A stretch of 63,968 bases of DNA, counting the filler, from Choristocarpus tenellus KU-1152 (taxonomy: Eukaryota > Protista > Phaeophyceae), in assembly GCA_964200185.2 (NCBI GenBank). It is 12 parts of 12 records of this genome, joined end to end, with 100 filler letters (N's around TTAATTAATTAA, not from the genome) between each part and the next. Parts side by side here need not be neighbours in the genome. Positions count along the whole stretch, not along the records: positions 10,593 to 23,326 come from CAXNAD020001724.1; positions 23,427 to 31,661 come from CAXNAD020004956.1; 10 more parts are not named here. One strand, written 5' to 3'. The translations under genes and the position numbers were made by a program. Below the pieces are notes generated by a model. That model did no database searches and was not told the origin of the DNA. It was given only the letters and a program-made list of their open reading frames with translations. Numbering within the stretch: the first letter of the stretch is position 1; every line of letters starts with the position of its first letter. Of the stretch, positions 11,912-25,747 are shown piece after piece.

Positions 11912-12833
11912 TTGCTGCAGGTCATCATGGAATTGTGTTATTAACAAGAACTGTTTATGGTGACAAGGTTGAGCGCAAGGGGGTAGGAGAGAATGCAGCA
12001 TGAATGCAGTCAACTGGCTGAATCTCAGGGCAGATGCATGCCATTGGTACCATTGACTGATTGTGGGGCATGTAGGCTATTTGGTATTTATTGATGTACG
12101 ACCTTTGCTTTTCGTACCTTGTCCATTAGGAAATTTCCCCTCAATCTCAATTTGATATAGCTTAGGGTTAGGGTATATGAAGTAGGAAGAAATATTAATG
12201 AAATCTATAGTGTGCATATATATTGGATGGTGAGACCTACTATATATGGTGGAGAACATGAAGAGAAATATGATGTTTTAGTTACATTATTGTATGGTTA
12301 GGGTTAGGAAGGGTGCAAGGAGTTGATTGTCAGGAGGTCTGCAAGAGGAGAGGCGATGGACCTACTCTCTAAAGCAAGTATATGGAGTACATTCAAGTAG
12401 GAGTATTCTGCCCTTGTGGTGAGAAATGGTGGACTTCACTCCAAAAGCTAGCACTGCAATTGCACGTGGTGCTATTGGTGTAGAGATAAGGAGCAGCCTT
12501 CTTGCATATCACTGGAGTGGGACCAGCTAAGAAGAACATTTTCACGTTTTGTAAATCCCACTGCCTCTTGAAGAGAAGTGAACTGTCATCAAGTACAGGA
12601 AGAGTGCACTGGAGAATGACGAAACTTTAGTGAACCATTAGGTTTTTTAGAGATGCTTTCAGCAATCTTGCTTTGGAGGCAATTGTTGCTTAGAATGCCA
12701 TTAGTTTGTTGTCTGTTCTCTGCTTGAACAGAAAGGGGGTGGTCACTGTACCATCCATCCATCCATCTATCCATGCACACATGTACATAAAACACACATT
12801 TATCCATACATCCCAGACAATGAGAAGTGAGTA

Positions 12834-13098
12834 GACCAAAATATCCGAGAGGTTGGTGGATTTGCTCATTTTGTTAACATTTTGAAGGGGCTAATAAATG
12901 TGATGCCTGACACCCCATTTTCATGCCCAAATCTAAGTAACCCCTATCAGGAATATGGATGTAGAAGAAGAAAACATGAATGGTGATGAATGTTTCATCA
13001 TTGGATTGGAGGATGTAGGGGCATAGAGACGCACATCAGAAAACAGTCAAAGAGACGCCTCAATAGCAATGGCACCCCCCTCTAGGATACTTTGACTC
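12834..13098. mobile_element. MITE family D with 4-bp TSD
   Basis: TIR-like GACCAAAATATCCGAGAGG / CCTCTAGGATACTTTGACTC. AGTA is duplicated at 12830-12833 and 13099-13102. A related right end occurs near 60090-60120. Confidence 0.75.
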
Positions 13099-13558
13099 AG
13101 TAGGTCAATTTTATATGAGTTGCTTACGCTCTTTCCTCCTCCTTTGAATATATACACACACGTCTATGTACCAAATACAACATAGCCTCAACCGATCTCC
13201 ATTCATTCCTTTCAAGGTAAACAAAAAATGTTTACTTTCATGATCAGTATCATGAAAGGAAACATCGAAAGCTTCCTTTTCTTTTCCTTTTAGTAGTAGT
13301 ACTACTATAATTACACTAATACCAAATTACGTAATAATAGTAACTACATTCTATACATGCATTTATTGTTCCATTCTGAATGCTTGAAAAGTAACAGTAT
13401 TCCTTACACTATTTTGTGGTTGTGTCTTCGTTCTGTTGTTCCTCATCAAAGGTTGTGATATATAATACTAAAAAAATGAACATGTCACCACAAAGATCAT
13501 AGTATGTTCAACACAAGTAATGTGGACTGGTTCAGAAGGTAGACCTTCTTCTTCTGAA

Positions 13559-13857
13559 GTGGGTATATTCTCACCTATTTTCGAACCATTTACCGATCTA
13601 TTTTGACGTTATTGCGGAACCAATTCTCATCATTTTCGAAACTGGTATAGAGTGGTCTAATCATGGTTGAAAACATCCCCAAAAATATGACCAAATATTA
13701 AAAAGAAACATAGGTAAAATAATCTGAAAATGTCTTGAAACCTCCCCCAAAACGTGTCAAAATGGTTCGAAAACACAGCAAACTGGTTTGAAAAGGATGC
13801 GAAATGTTTCTACACTAGCTCAATAATAGTCCGAAAATAAGATGAGAAATATTCCAC
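13559..13857. mobile_element. TIR element with phased A/T tracts
   Basis: Imperfect TIRs GTGGGTATATTCTCACCTATTTTCG / CGAAAATAAGATGAGAAATATTCCAC. A-tracts recur every 10-12 bp inside. Confidence 0.6.
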
Positions 13858-15099
13858 AAATCACCCCCATTAGCCACCAACCATAGAGCGTCATTCTCTT
13901 TCCAAATAATAAATCTATGAACACATCTATGAACCATATAATGTCATTCTCCTGTGAGCACAATTGATTTTATGGTGGACCAGTTCTCATGCAATCATGA
14001 TGAAAATATGATTTTGTCTTGTCTAAATTAAACAGGAACTGAATAGGAACTATTGTGTCAAAGTAGTTGAATGCGGAATAAATACCAATACAAAATCCCA
14101 TGCATAATCCGGATGTACTATCTCATTANNNNNNNNNNATGGACTCAATTCAACACAATAATCTCATAATATACACAAAATAAGGTACACTTCACTATTG
14201 TCCTATTTTGCACACTTTTCACATCTGTGACAACTGTTACTTTTTTAGGGGTTTTTCTGACATGTGAATTGTTTTCATTACTTTTCCCCCTGATACATCT
14301 CCGAAATGTCACACAACCCTAATATTTTAAAGTACAGAATCGTTACTACGAGTGTATTCTATTACCAACAAAATAACAATATAATAGTACTTTGATGTAC
14401 GAATTTCTTTACAGAAATGAATGTACAAGAACAGGTAGAGATGGATCAGACCTCAACCACGATGGATGGTGTACAAGAAGGGTTCAGTGATGGCATTTCC
14501 ACAATTACCCACCCCCCTCTTCTCTCTCTATTTTCCTCTGAACTATCCTAAGACATTGAAAAAAACTCTAATAAAACAGATGTACAACAGTATGGACACC
14601 ACCTTTTTTTTCCCTTTTTTGTTGAGTACTTTCAGCATGTAGCATGGGGAGGCTACCAACTGACCTTGTGCACCCCACACATCCCCATTATACCTTGTTG
14701 AGTGACTACCTCATTACAACTAGTTGAGAAAACAGGATACTAGTATTGATGAACCCCCTTTGAAACACACACACCCATATTGCACAGATAAAGTAAGAAA
14801 TATGGAGTGCTTCATAATGAAGGGGTCCTTTTTTCTGGAGGATCATTGACTAATTCAGAAACTTCCTGCTCTTTGGGTCGGAAATCTGCAATCGGTGGAA
14901 CGGTACGATGTTTTACATTTCCCTCAAATACAACAAATTCCACATACTTCCTCTGCTTGGAACAAAATGTAACATAACTTTTGAAGCCCTGATTAAGGAG
15001 CAAAGTTTTTTTTTCATATGTTCGTATTCTTTTTGTGTATTGTGCAGGCACCAAAAGATTGTCCACCAAAAGAAACATGAAAAGTGGGGTAGCCTACAC

Positions 15100-16380
15100 C
15101 CATCTGTGATTCCGCCCCTGAAGCCCTCCAGAGCTCCATTCCACCATGGTGTTTCACCACATTCACTGGGGCATTCGGGGGGAGATTGCCTGCCTTCTCA
15201 AGTCATTTCCTTGCTAAGATGGGGAATTTTGAAGACGTTGTCATCCTTGGACCTCATCACTTCACCGTAGACTATGAAGAGGCTCTGTCAGGTGCGCTCT
15301 AGTGTCTCCCAGGCATACACATCGGATGCCTCTATTGTGGCCTCCACCAGCTCCTCTTTGTTGGTCACCCCCATGTCTTCAGTTACTGGATGGAATGAAA
15401 GAATCCCATGCCGTTGATGTTGAGATCAGGTGAGTTGGAAGGCTGGCTCTATATGACAATGTCATACCCCGCTGCCTCCTCGATTGCCTCTATGATCCCC
15501 CCCTTTGGTGTGCGGCTTTGTCCCATCCTGCTGCACAAAGATGTTGTGTCCTTCCAGCCTAGGCATGCAGGGCTTGATTGCCGGGATAACATCCTCAATC
15601 ATGAGCTTCTTACACCTCACCCCGTCTACCATGACTGGCACAAGCGCCTTCTTGGCCTTGGGGTGTTGAGTTTACTGGAGCACTGAGCGACCGTAGTGTC
15701 CACGATTGGCCAGATCCCGATTTTCCCATCAAACCACACCCTGTTGGAGAGCTTGCTAGGGCAGGTCACAGCTGCAAGGAGCATCACCTTCGTAGTGTAA
15801 CACTTACTCTGTGCCCATGGGGGTTTGGGGGGATCCTCAATGGGGTGCAGGTACACACCTTGCCCAGCTTTGAGGATGTAGAACCAGTTCTCACCCACAT
15901 GTACCCAGTCATAGAGATCATCCACTAAGTACCCACTTACCCCCCCCTCCTGTGAATGTGGCTGATGACGAAACCCACTTTATTGACTTTCTCCTAGTCT
16001 AGGGGGATTGACTTAATCCACCGCTTGACCTTGACTTTCTCTCACTTGCACGGACCTCACAGCGAGGCAAGGGATACCTCAGCTTTTTTTGCCACCCATT
16101 CCTGGAAGGATCTCTGGTGTATTGATGGGACATCCCAAAAATTGAGGATACTTGTGTGGTGGTCAAGTCGCTCCTTGCAATGTTGTACAAGGTCCATGCA
16201 TTCACCTCACGCGATCTGACCATCATACTCCTTCAGATGACGGAACACAGTGATTCGGGAAATTCCGAAGTCCTACATGATGCCTGCCGCCGTCCCCCGA
16301 GGCTCAAGAGTCTCACACCCTCTCTCCTCCAGGCAATACACCACCACTCTGTTCATCGCATAGGTGGTTTGAGTCCTCAT
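15100..16380 (-). pseudogene. Tc1/mariner transposase pseudogene, plant-type (DD39D/Stowaway-partner-like)
   Basis: Minus-strand motifs LYDWVHVGENWFY, SKCYTTKVMLLAAV, FDGKIGIWPIV, FVQQDGTKPH, QPSNSPDLNINGMGFFHSIQ, DNVFKIPHLSK. Multiple stops and frameshifts. First and third catalytic Asp read as Gly. Confidence 0.88.
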
Positions 16381-17041
16381 TCACGACAGAATTTTGGGGC
16401 AAAGAGTTGGGAACGACATGGGGCCTTCATCCTAAACATCCCAATGAGTATCCACTTTGACAGTTTCTCAAGGTTTTGAACCCTGTCAAATGCGACTTGG
16501 TCGACATTGCACTAGTGATCCTCCACAGTCATGACAACCCACCATCTCAATGACCCTCCACGGGCAGTAGTGACACTTATCTCACGGCACATGACGTCCA
16601 TTTGAGACATTTATCACCAGGCGGGGTTTGCAACTCCTTCGCATTTTCTTCCGCATGTTATACCGTAGGCATGGTTGATGTAAACTCCTACCCACTCTAC
16701 CGTTTTATTTAAAGAGAAGAGGGTTTGTCTCTTTTTCACTTAGAAACAGCAACATAACTCAAAAAAGGACTACTTCTCTATTTTACCAGCTTGGCAAGGT
16801 GAACAAACGAAATCATCTTTAAAAAGTGCTAGAAAAAATTCCTCACCAAGATGAGAAGTGGACCTCTTGAATGCAAAATAGAGTGATGTGAATGACATTA
16901 AATTTGAAAAATGGCAACGAATCCACACACCTGTGCCTGACATCCAAAGATATACCTGTACCTGACCACGTAACAATATCACTACATTGCTGCACTCATG
17001 GGTAACCTAGTACTGTATCCTGGCGAGAGCACTGTCCAAGG

Positions 17042-17304
17042 GAGTCTTAACCAACTGAGGGGCAGGGAGGGTTGCATATAAAGGACGCTGAGAAAGGGCA
17101 AATTGATGTAATATTGTACGATTGATGTAGGAAGAGGCTTTGCTTAATTATGGTGTCACTTTGTGTGTGAATAGGAGGAAATCAATTTTGCGTCCACTAT
17201 TGTGCACTTAAAGCAAAGAAATAGAGTGTGTTGCACAGGGCAAGAAATATGGCTTAGAATGCAAAAGGGTTCCAAACCCACCTACCTGTCAATCGATTTG
17301 GCTC
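17042..17304. mobile_element. MITE family C copy
   Basis: GAGTC...TTTGGCTC ends. Internal sequence is shared with 44330-44593, 48608-48857 and 61428-61676. Flanks AAGG/CAGG match 3 of 4. Confidence 0.7.
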
Positions 17305-20300
17305 CAGGGCATTTTGCTTTGAGGCGATTCTTCTCCTCCCTCTATATTTGATTCATCATTACTGCGTTCAAAAATCAAACCAACACTGTTAGTACCATGC
17401 ATTCACAACATGCATGAGTTGCCTAGTAACACGACCCACAGTACGTTTGTACCACTAGAGCCCAAGGTAATCTGCAGCCATGGGGAAGAAAACATCATCC
17501 AAGAGTCTCACACGACCATCAAATCAGGGATTCATGACTACCTTCTCCTGCAAGTAACCAAAACTAGAAACATAAATGTATGCTCACAGGTGGTACACAT
17601 GGCACAACCAAGACAGCAGGGATACAAGAGAGATCAAAAGCAAGATAGGGCCTCCTTCATGTGGAGGAAAAAATACCAACATTGAAAAAAGGTCTAAGCC
17701 ACAGCACTGAACTCTAACAGAACACACTAGTGTGACAATGGCCTTATCACCTACGGCCTTGACAATACAAAAGCAAAACAATCATTCAACACATCGTAGG
17801 GGGCGGGCAACAGACCAATCGGTCTATATCTCACGGACTCCACTGAATCAATCGATGCACTTGCTGATACATTTCTGCATTTAGCAAGGACAAGGAAATT
17901 CGAAAGAGACAGAATGTCAAAATCTCTCAAATATAAAAAAGGAAGGTATATAAGATCCATCCATCCATCCACTAAACAGACAAAACAAGAATTTATTTAT
18001 TGCGTGCTTGTCTTGTGGAGGGAACCAGTTGCGGAGGTACCAACAGCATCACTGACATGCGATCACCAGACATGATCATCAACAACAATAACATGAACAA
18101 ACACCATGATCAAGGGGGGTATCAGACATGACATGAGAGGCAATACTCCCAGCAACACACCAACATAAAGTTGCGCATGTAACATTGCCCATTAAATCAT
18201 GGTGAGGGTTAACACTTCCCTCTTGCCATATCAGCAACAAACTTGGACACCAAATCACATATCTTTCCCACAACATATTTGCCGGTGATATTAATAGTTC
18301 CTGCATGGATGAGAGACAATGCCGTCCAGAAGATAAAACCGTCGATTGAAGTGCTCTCTGGATGACCAGAAGAGTACTACTACATGAGAAAAAAGAGTCA
18401 AATACAGGTACGATCAACAAAGGAAATAATGAACACTGCGTATCCATGGGCGGAATGGAGAACAAGGACAGGCAGCAAGTGGTGGTGTTGAGCAGTACTT
18501 CACAATGCATTTGCCCTTTAGCATGAAGAAGTATGGAATCTGAGTTTATTCTAGAAAAGTGATGTATTAACACATGCATGCAACACCTTCGGGCAACATA
18601 GCACAACCTTGTAAACCTCACCTCAAAAAGAATGCCCATATTCACAGTCAAGGCAACATGACACAGCATCAAAAATAACACTTCCTTTATTACTTCCTCT
18701 ATACATCACACGGATAAAAAAACATTGTTGTAATTATTAAAAAGCAATGATGACATCACCCCCACAAACTTGTCAATAAAGATTGCACTGTACATGCAGT
18801 TGGCATTGACCAATTGGATTATTTCACTCAAACAGGCACTAAGGGTGCCCAAGTAACCACTCTCCCTCCAGCTATTCAAGCATGCACTGCTTCTACACAG
18901 CTACTGAGGGGAAGGTTTTTGCTGCAGCAGAACAACCCAACTAGGGTTTACCCTAACACTTAACCCTTTCTCAACAAAAACTCTACAACAAGAAGTCTCA
19001 ATCCATTTCAGCAATTCTCATATGAAAAAAACAGAAAAGGAAAAAATAAAAAAACTGTGTCCTCTCACCTTTCACACCCAAATCGCTCCCCCCTCCCCCC
19101 TCCCAATGAAAAAGAATAAAAAGGAGGGGTACGCCACGCCAGCCCCCGTGTAACCCTAACTCTATAACCCTATTACAAGGTCTGATCAAGGCTATTGAGG
19201 GGAGCAGCGGGGGGCGAAGAGATAAGGAGAATGACAACACAAGTCACCAACAAAGGTGTAGGCACTTGGGATGTCAAACAGTAACGGCACCACACTAGGT
19301 TACCATCAACCCATCCCCCCCCCCTGCCCAGGCAGCAGTGCTGTCATCATCATGTTGCTGTTCTGACTTTTTTTTCTAGGGGTTGCTGGTTGTCAAGGCG
19401 TTGTTGCCAAACCCTTCATTGCAATTCTTTCCAGTAGGTGAATTTTCTTGAGAATTTTCCAGCGATACAAAATGTTCTTCTTGGTTCGGTCCAGGAGCCT
19501 TCTCGGATCGATCCACACGACAAGATATAAAAGACAGAAAAAAAGAGGAGCGGTTACGGACGGATACATTTTAGAGCAATACGTGAGTGAGAAACCCATG
19601 TATGATAAATAAAAAAAGAAACATGAAAAACACAAGAATAAAAAGAGAAAAAAATCAACAGTAAGAAATCACATATCAATCATGCCCATCACCGCAATTA
19701 AGAAAATAAATAAATAAATATATATATAAAAAGTGGTATTGACATAGTTTCAAAAAGTCAAATTATGATTTCCTGAATTAAAGATAGCCGACAGGCCCAC
19801 TAGTGCAATATAATGCAACAAGGCAGTTAGTCAGTCACATCTTTAATGCATGCACTACACACCATAAAAAAAGAAAATTTCATTGATATAGATGAAAAAT
19901 AGATCCTGTTCACCACATCTTTCTACGCTTATAGTTAAAAGTGCCACCAAGAGGTAATTTTTTTTTTTTGCATCTATAGTAACTGACTTGACTATAAAAA
20001 CCTTTTGAACATAGATAGGAGGTAGATGTAAATCCACACTGAACACGCCAGATACCTTGTACCTTGTTTGTTCTCATCAATGTCTATTCATTTGTTCAAG
20101 GGTACGGAGAAATCAACCCCTTGTGAACCCAAACCTTGCAGAACGGATGCTTTCTGAACTACGAGTACCTGGCTAACCCTAACCCTAACCCTAACTGATA
20201 CTGATAAAAAAAATGTTTGTTAGTTCACAGCAACAACAATTAAGTAGTCCAATCATCTCATTCACAGTGTGAAGAATCTCAACATCAATTAATTGGGCTT

Positions 20301-23127
20301 CATTGAACCTATCAACAAAGGACTGAGTTGAACTGACCCCAATGATGTGTGCATAAAAGTAGGCATAAGAACATTACTGAAGACCTCACATACATATATA
20401 TACATACACACACACACATGATACAGATGATTGTAATTCTTGCACTTGCCATAGTAAGGAAAACACCTCACACAATTACAATACACACACAAGCAGGATA
20501 ACACAACCTTCAAACCAATCGTCCAATCTATCTCCACCAACACACATCATTCTTGTATTAGAACACATCAGAAAATCACAAAAATACGAATACACATTTT
20601 AAAGAAACAAATATTTTTTTCACACAGAAAATAATTCTTTTCAAGGTTAAAGATTTCATATATTGATAATCACAGAGGCTACAATACCAACACAATAGTA
20701 CAACAGACAGCAGGCTCAAAAGATAGCCCGCCTTCCAGTACAGTAGAAACTCTACCGATAACGGTCTCGCTCAAAGTAGTTTGAAAAAAAATATGTATCA
20801 ACACAAATACACGTGTTGCAATTAATAAAAAAATTATATTCACATATTTTATTACTGTATTGTACATACACTAAGCAAGGCAAAAAAAGTGAGGACTTGC
20901 TGTGTCTTGGCCCTTTTTGAGTCTTTCAAACTTTTTATTCTTCTTTGACAAAGATAAAAAACAAGATAAAAGACACATAAGAAGATAGTTCCCTTCTGCA
21001 AACCAAAACAAGAGACATAAGAATGTGTCACACACAAAAGAACATGTCCTATGCCATCACCACCGGAGACCCCCTCTCTCAGTCAATTCAGTTAGTTTGA
21101 CCCACTTCAAAGCACCAAATATGCGCTCTATAAAAATACACATCCACACACACACATATATATGTGCATATAGACAAAAATATATGCAATTAATGATATT
21201 CTCATTAGTTTAACACTTCGGTAACAACACATTCAATGAGTGTTTAAAATAACACACACATACATGTATATATATAGTTAAAGCTCTTCTCACCGGTTAA
21301 ACTCTTCTGTACCAATCCCATTTGAGTTGACAATCACTTCTGCATCTGCAGGAAACACCTTGCATGCCTTCCTGACTTTGGAGTTAGAAATCTTCCCCAT
21401 GGAGACATCACACATACCCATTGGGAGAGAGTCACAATCCAGTGCCTAGGAGCAAATTGGATATCATTATTATTCATTTATCAAGTTATGGATACAGACA
21501 CAACAATATGCTAAGACAAAGATAGTAACATAGATAGATATTCCTTGAAAGAATAAAAATTTTCAGGAAGATGCAAGATTCTCATTTATATTTTTTTAGC
21601 AAAAGCAATGCCCTATATTTTAAACACCTAAGAAATTAAATATCAATAAATGTTGCAATACACATAATTAAAAAAAGATAGGTATCAATACAAGTACTAG
21701 AGAAATAAAAAAGTAGAAAAATATTACCTTGTTTTGATGAATCACATGGCATAAACATCAAAAATAAAAATAAGACAGAAAAGGCATTATCTCCAAGCAA
21801 GGAACTCTATTATTCAGTTAAAATTTTGTAATATACATTTAAAGAGCACATCATTGGTCAACATCACCGACCATGGACAAAAAACAAAAAAAATTATACG
21901 GTAGGAGCATTAATTTTTTTTAGTATGATGCGAAAAACGTCTCATACAAAAAAAAAAGTGTGTACTAGAGCGGTACCAATACGGAATAAAATACCATTAC
22001 TGTAATAAATATATATATATTAAAAAATGTGTGCATACTGCAGTTAGGTATTGAAGTTAAAAAAATAACAAAATTTGCTGAGAACAATCCACTTTTTTTT
22101 TTCTTCCGGGAATGGTTCCATTCAACCAAAAGAAGGCAATGAAAACAAAGAAGTGACCTCAACTCTCACCCCTCTGTATGTGACACACACACACACACAC
22201 AAGTGAACTGTTTCAACATTGAACCTCCTCACAACAAGGACAACGACAATCGCTCTTGAACAAAAAAACAAAACAAATCTTGACAGTTACAAAAGTGGTG
22301 CATCACACCTGAAGCGTACAAGCCTCACAATGTAGCTTATCCTTGAATACAGTTAAAAACACGCTTGGTGGACACTTGAAACCCCACTGGTACAAAAAAA
22401 CAAGAGTGCATTAAAAAAAATATTTTAAAAATATTTTAAATGGCACGGTAACTAGTCATCTCCAATAATTGAAAGCTCACCAATAAAAGAATGCCTAACA
22501 AATTGTTCAAGTGCAGTTCAAATATACATATTCAAATATAATTTATTTATTGAAATGCTTACAACCCCACTGATGAAAAAAAAGGTTGTACATGGATTTT
22601 AAAGCACTTGAAACCCTTCCAATAAAAAAAATAACGTACAGTAAAGTGTGTTACAAATACAAATTCCAAGAAAATTCCAAGGCTTGTAACACCACCACCG
22701 CCAACACACAGACAAAGAGTGTTTACGCATCCTACTACACAGTATATATATATATATATATATTTTTTATAAACCCCACTTCCACATTAGGGTTATGGAT
22801 GGGAAGAGAAGCCCCTCGCAACACTTTATTTTTTTTAAACAAGGAAATGAAAAGTAAATGAGCCAAACCAATAGCCACACCAGGCTGAGAAACCCCCTGC
22901 GTGCAATTAGCTGTTCTCGTCACTTCAGAGCACTCCAGAGTGGTCAATCAAAGCGTTCTACTTCTGGTCTGTTAGCAACACAATCCTACCACTCCCCCAC
23001 TCCTCACCTCTTCCCCACCTCCCCACAAACAGTTTTTTAAAGTAAATACTATGAGGTTATCAGCAAAATTCGAATCAGTCCACCATTCCCAATGCGGCAT
23101 CCAATGATATAACAAAATCGCAGATAT

Positions 23128-23326
23128 GGCTCAAAGTATCAGCGGGGGTGTGAGTGTGTGTGTGTGGCGTCTGTCCATTTGGGGCCCACTTTTCCGTGTC
23201 TCGATTTTTTTTGTTATTTAGTTACATGTGTCGGATGGATAATGCAAGTGCACTTCTCCTGGTTATGCATGGCCTGAATTGACACCCTTGTGTAGCCCCC
23301 CCCCCGCCCCCCCCCCCCCCCCCACC
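23128..23326. mobile_element. MITE family B copy truncated at contig end
   Basis: GGCTCAAAGTATC...CTGTCCATTTGGGG...GGATGGATAATGCAAGTGCAC matches 46927-47101. Confidence 0.8.
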
Positions 23327-25747
23327 NNNNNNNNNNNNNNNNNNNNNNNNNNNNNNNNNNNNNNNNNNNNTTAATTAATTAANNNNNNNNNNNNNNNNNN
23401 NNNNNNNNNNNNNNNNNNNNNNNNNNTGGGGGAATGGTACATGCATGTGTGAGTAATGAAGGGGGAATGCGAGGCAGTCATGGACTGGAGTGTGGGTATC
23501 AGCAATGGTTATGGGAGAGAAGGCATGTAATAAGAACCTCACATGGGATGTGCCTTGTGGAAGAGCTGGGCAACATGATGGGGGGTGAAGTGTCTGCATG
23601 TGTCAATTTTCTTTCCACCCCTGTATCTTTTTGAGATGGACTTGAGGGGATTCCTAACAGGATGCACCTGTTGTTTCTGGGTCACAATCTGCACTTCCCA
23701 GTCGAGGTTTTTGATCGAAGTCGAGAGGGAGCAGAATGGAAGTTACTATAATCTCTTGATACATACTGAAGGGTACATTGGGAGGTGGATGTTTGGTGTT
23801 TGGGGTGCATCAAGTACTGTCACAGGAGTATTCACTGTGTGGTGTTGTCACCATGTGCCCTACTTTTTGTTCATTTGTTTGTGGTAACCTCTTCTGAGTG
23901 TCTATTTAGTGTTACCTTGTTTTGTGTCTCTATGATGTGGGTTGTGTGTTCTAGTTTGCCTTCTATACATATGCAGTAGGTGTATGGGAAGAGGGGGAGG
24001 GGGGAGGTTGGAAGGTAGTCGTGGTGGGAAGGCATGGTGGCGTTTTGGGAGACTTGAGCATCGGGAACAATCTTAACTGGATAGCGCAATTTAGATGTGT
24101 TCACTCCCCACCCTCTTCGCAACTCAACCTGAACTTGTTCATTTTTTCCCAGCCATCTATCGAGTATGAGAGAATGTAGACTGACTAGTATTGTTAATGA
24201 ATTATGTCGATTCATTTTGTTGAGATTGCAGTCTAATCCTTCCTATTTATCAATTTGTTTCTTGGGTGCATGGTGTGTGCTGCACCATCCCCTCTCTATG
24301 CTTTCTCATGATGCTCCGTGCTCTGATTCAACTGGGTACATCAAAAGCTTTCAAACTGATTTCATTGATATCCTTTAAAGTCCTTCCGTTTCTCAGCACT
24401 TTTTGTCACGCAATAAGCTCTTGTTGCTACCCTCACCTACTCACCATCCAATCACATGGAAGCACAAGAAGTGCCAACACTGCGAGTATTTTCGTAAGAC
24501 ACAGTCCTTTCTTGAAAACATCCAACCACATTAGGTTGTTTTATACCCCTTCCCAATGGCATACATGTGCTCTCAGGAACAGTCTCCACTTAACCTACTG
24601 TATTCTTCCCAGATCCTGTGTGCTTCAAGCCTCTCAAGTTTGATAGGTGCAACATGGATTACTGAGTCTCAACCTCCTTGAAAATCCCTGCACCAACTAC
24701 CATGCCACAGACATGCATTCATAGATTTTGATTTGTTCATGTTGCAACAAGTGCTTGCTGGCTTAGACAAGATTGGCTTGTCACGTGTACCGTTGCTTCT
24801 ACACTGAGGCTGCACTTTTACAGACTGCACCCCCAGTTTGATGCCTAGTACCTTGCTATCTTCAGCCTTGTTATTGTTAACCTTGTATGGTGCATGTTCT
24901 TAGAATTCAGAGGCTGCATGCACTGACCCATCCCGGGCAGGTGATACGCCACATAGCCAAGTCAATTCAGCTGAAGTCTTCATCATTTGCTCATCAATGG
25001 ATGGATAGATACCCCATCAACAGTCTTGAGCATTCCACCTCAAGTATGAAGTGATACGGCAGGTTACAAGAACATAAGGTACGGACGGTGCAAGTTGTAA
25101 CCAGATAAATCGTCTCCTCCACTATAGCCATACTAGGAGATGGATGGATCAATCGACACAGCACACATACCTCACATCCTCAAGTTTTGTGCACTGCATG
25201 TGTAATCTAATGTTGCACACACAACAGCAGATTCAATCAAGGTCTCACTCCCACGGAAGACGATCCTAGCTAGCACTATACTCACTAACAGTGGAATTTT
25301 TCCTGTTCCGATATCAAAATGTCATCAGGGACAGTATGGCATCACAGCCAGTCACAATCACAAAGAGTACAGGAAAGGAAGTCAATACACAGTGTGCTAT
25401 GCTTGCTGCCTTTAGGAAGTGCCAAAAAGGTGCAAAAATACAGCAGACCCAGTTGTCTCATTGCAGGACTCAAGTCCAAGTCATACACATTGAAGTGAGA
25501 AGCGGCAGACAGACAAAGCAGTAACAAATGTGCATGTCTTCACTTCTATTGCCATCACTCCTCCCCCCCTCCACGTCATACCTCTGTATTTCAGTGTCTA
25601 CATACCCCTGATAATAGAGAGGGGATTGGAATGCAAAAGGGGGGGTGGGGGCAGGTTAGGTGTTTCACAACGTGTCCCCAAGTGGAAAACACTTTCAATC
25701 AGACAGTACTGTTGTGCTGCTCTTGGAGTACGTCGGGGGAAGTGAAT

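Noticed and set aside
18079-18681. 200-aa minus-strand ORF as an intact gene
   Set aside because: Composition is atypical, no motif is recognisable and it crosses intron-like tracts.
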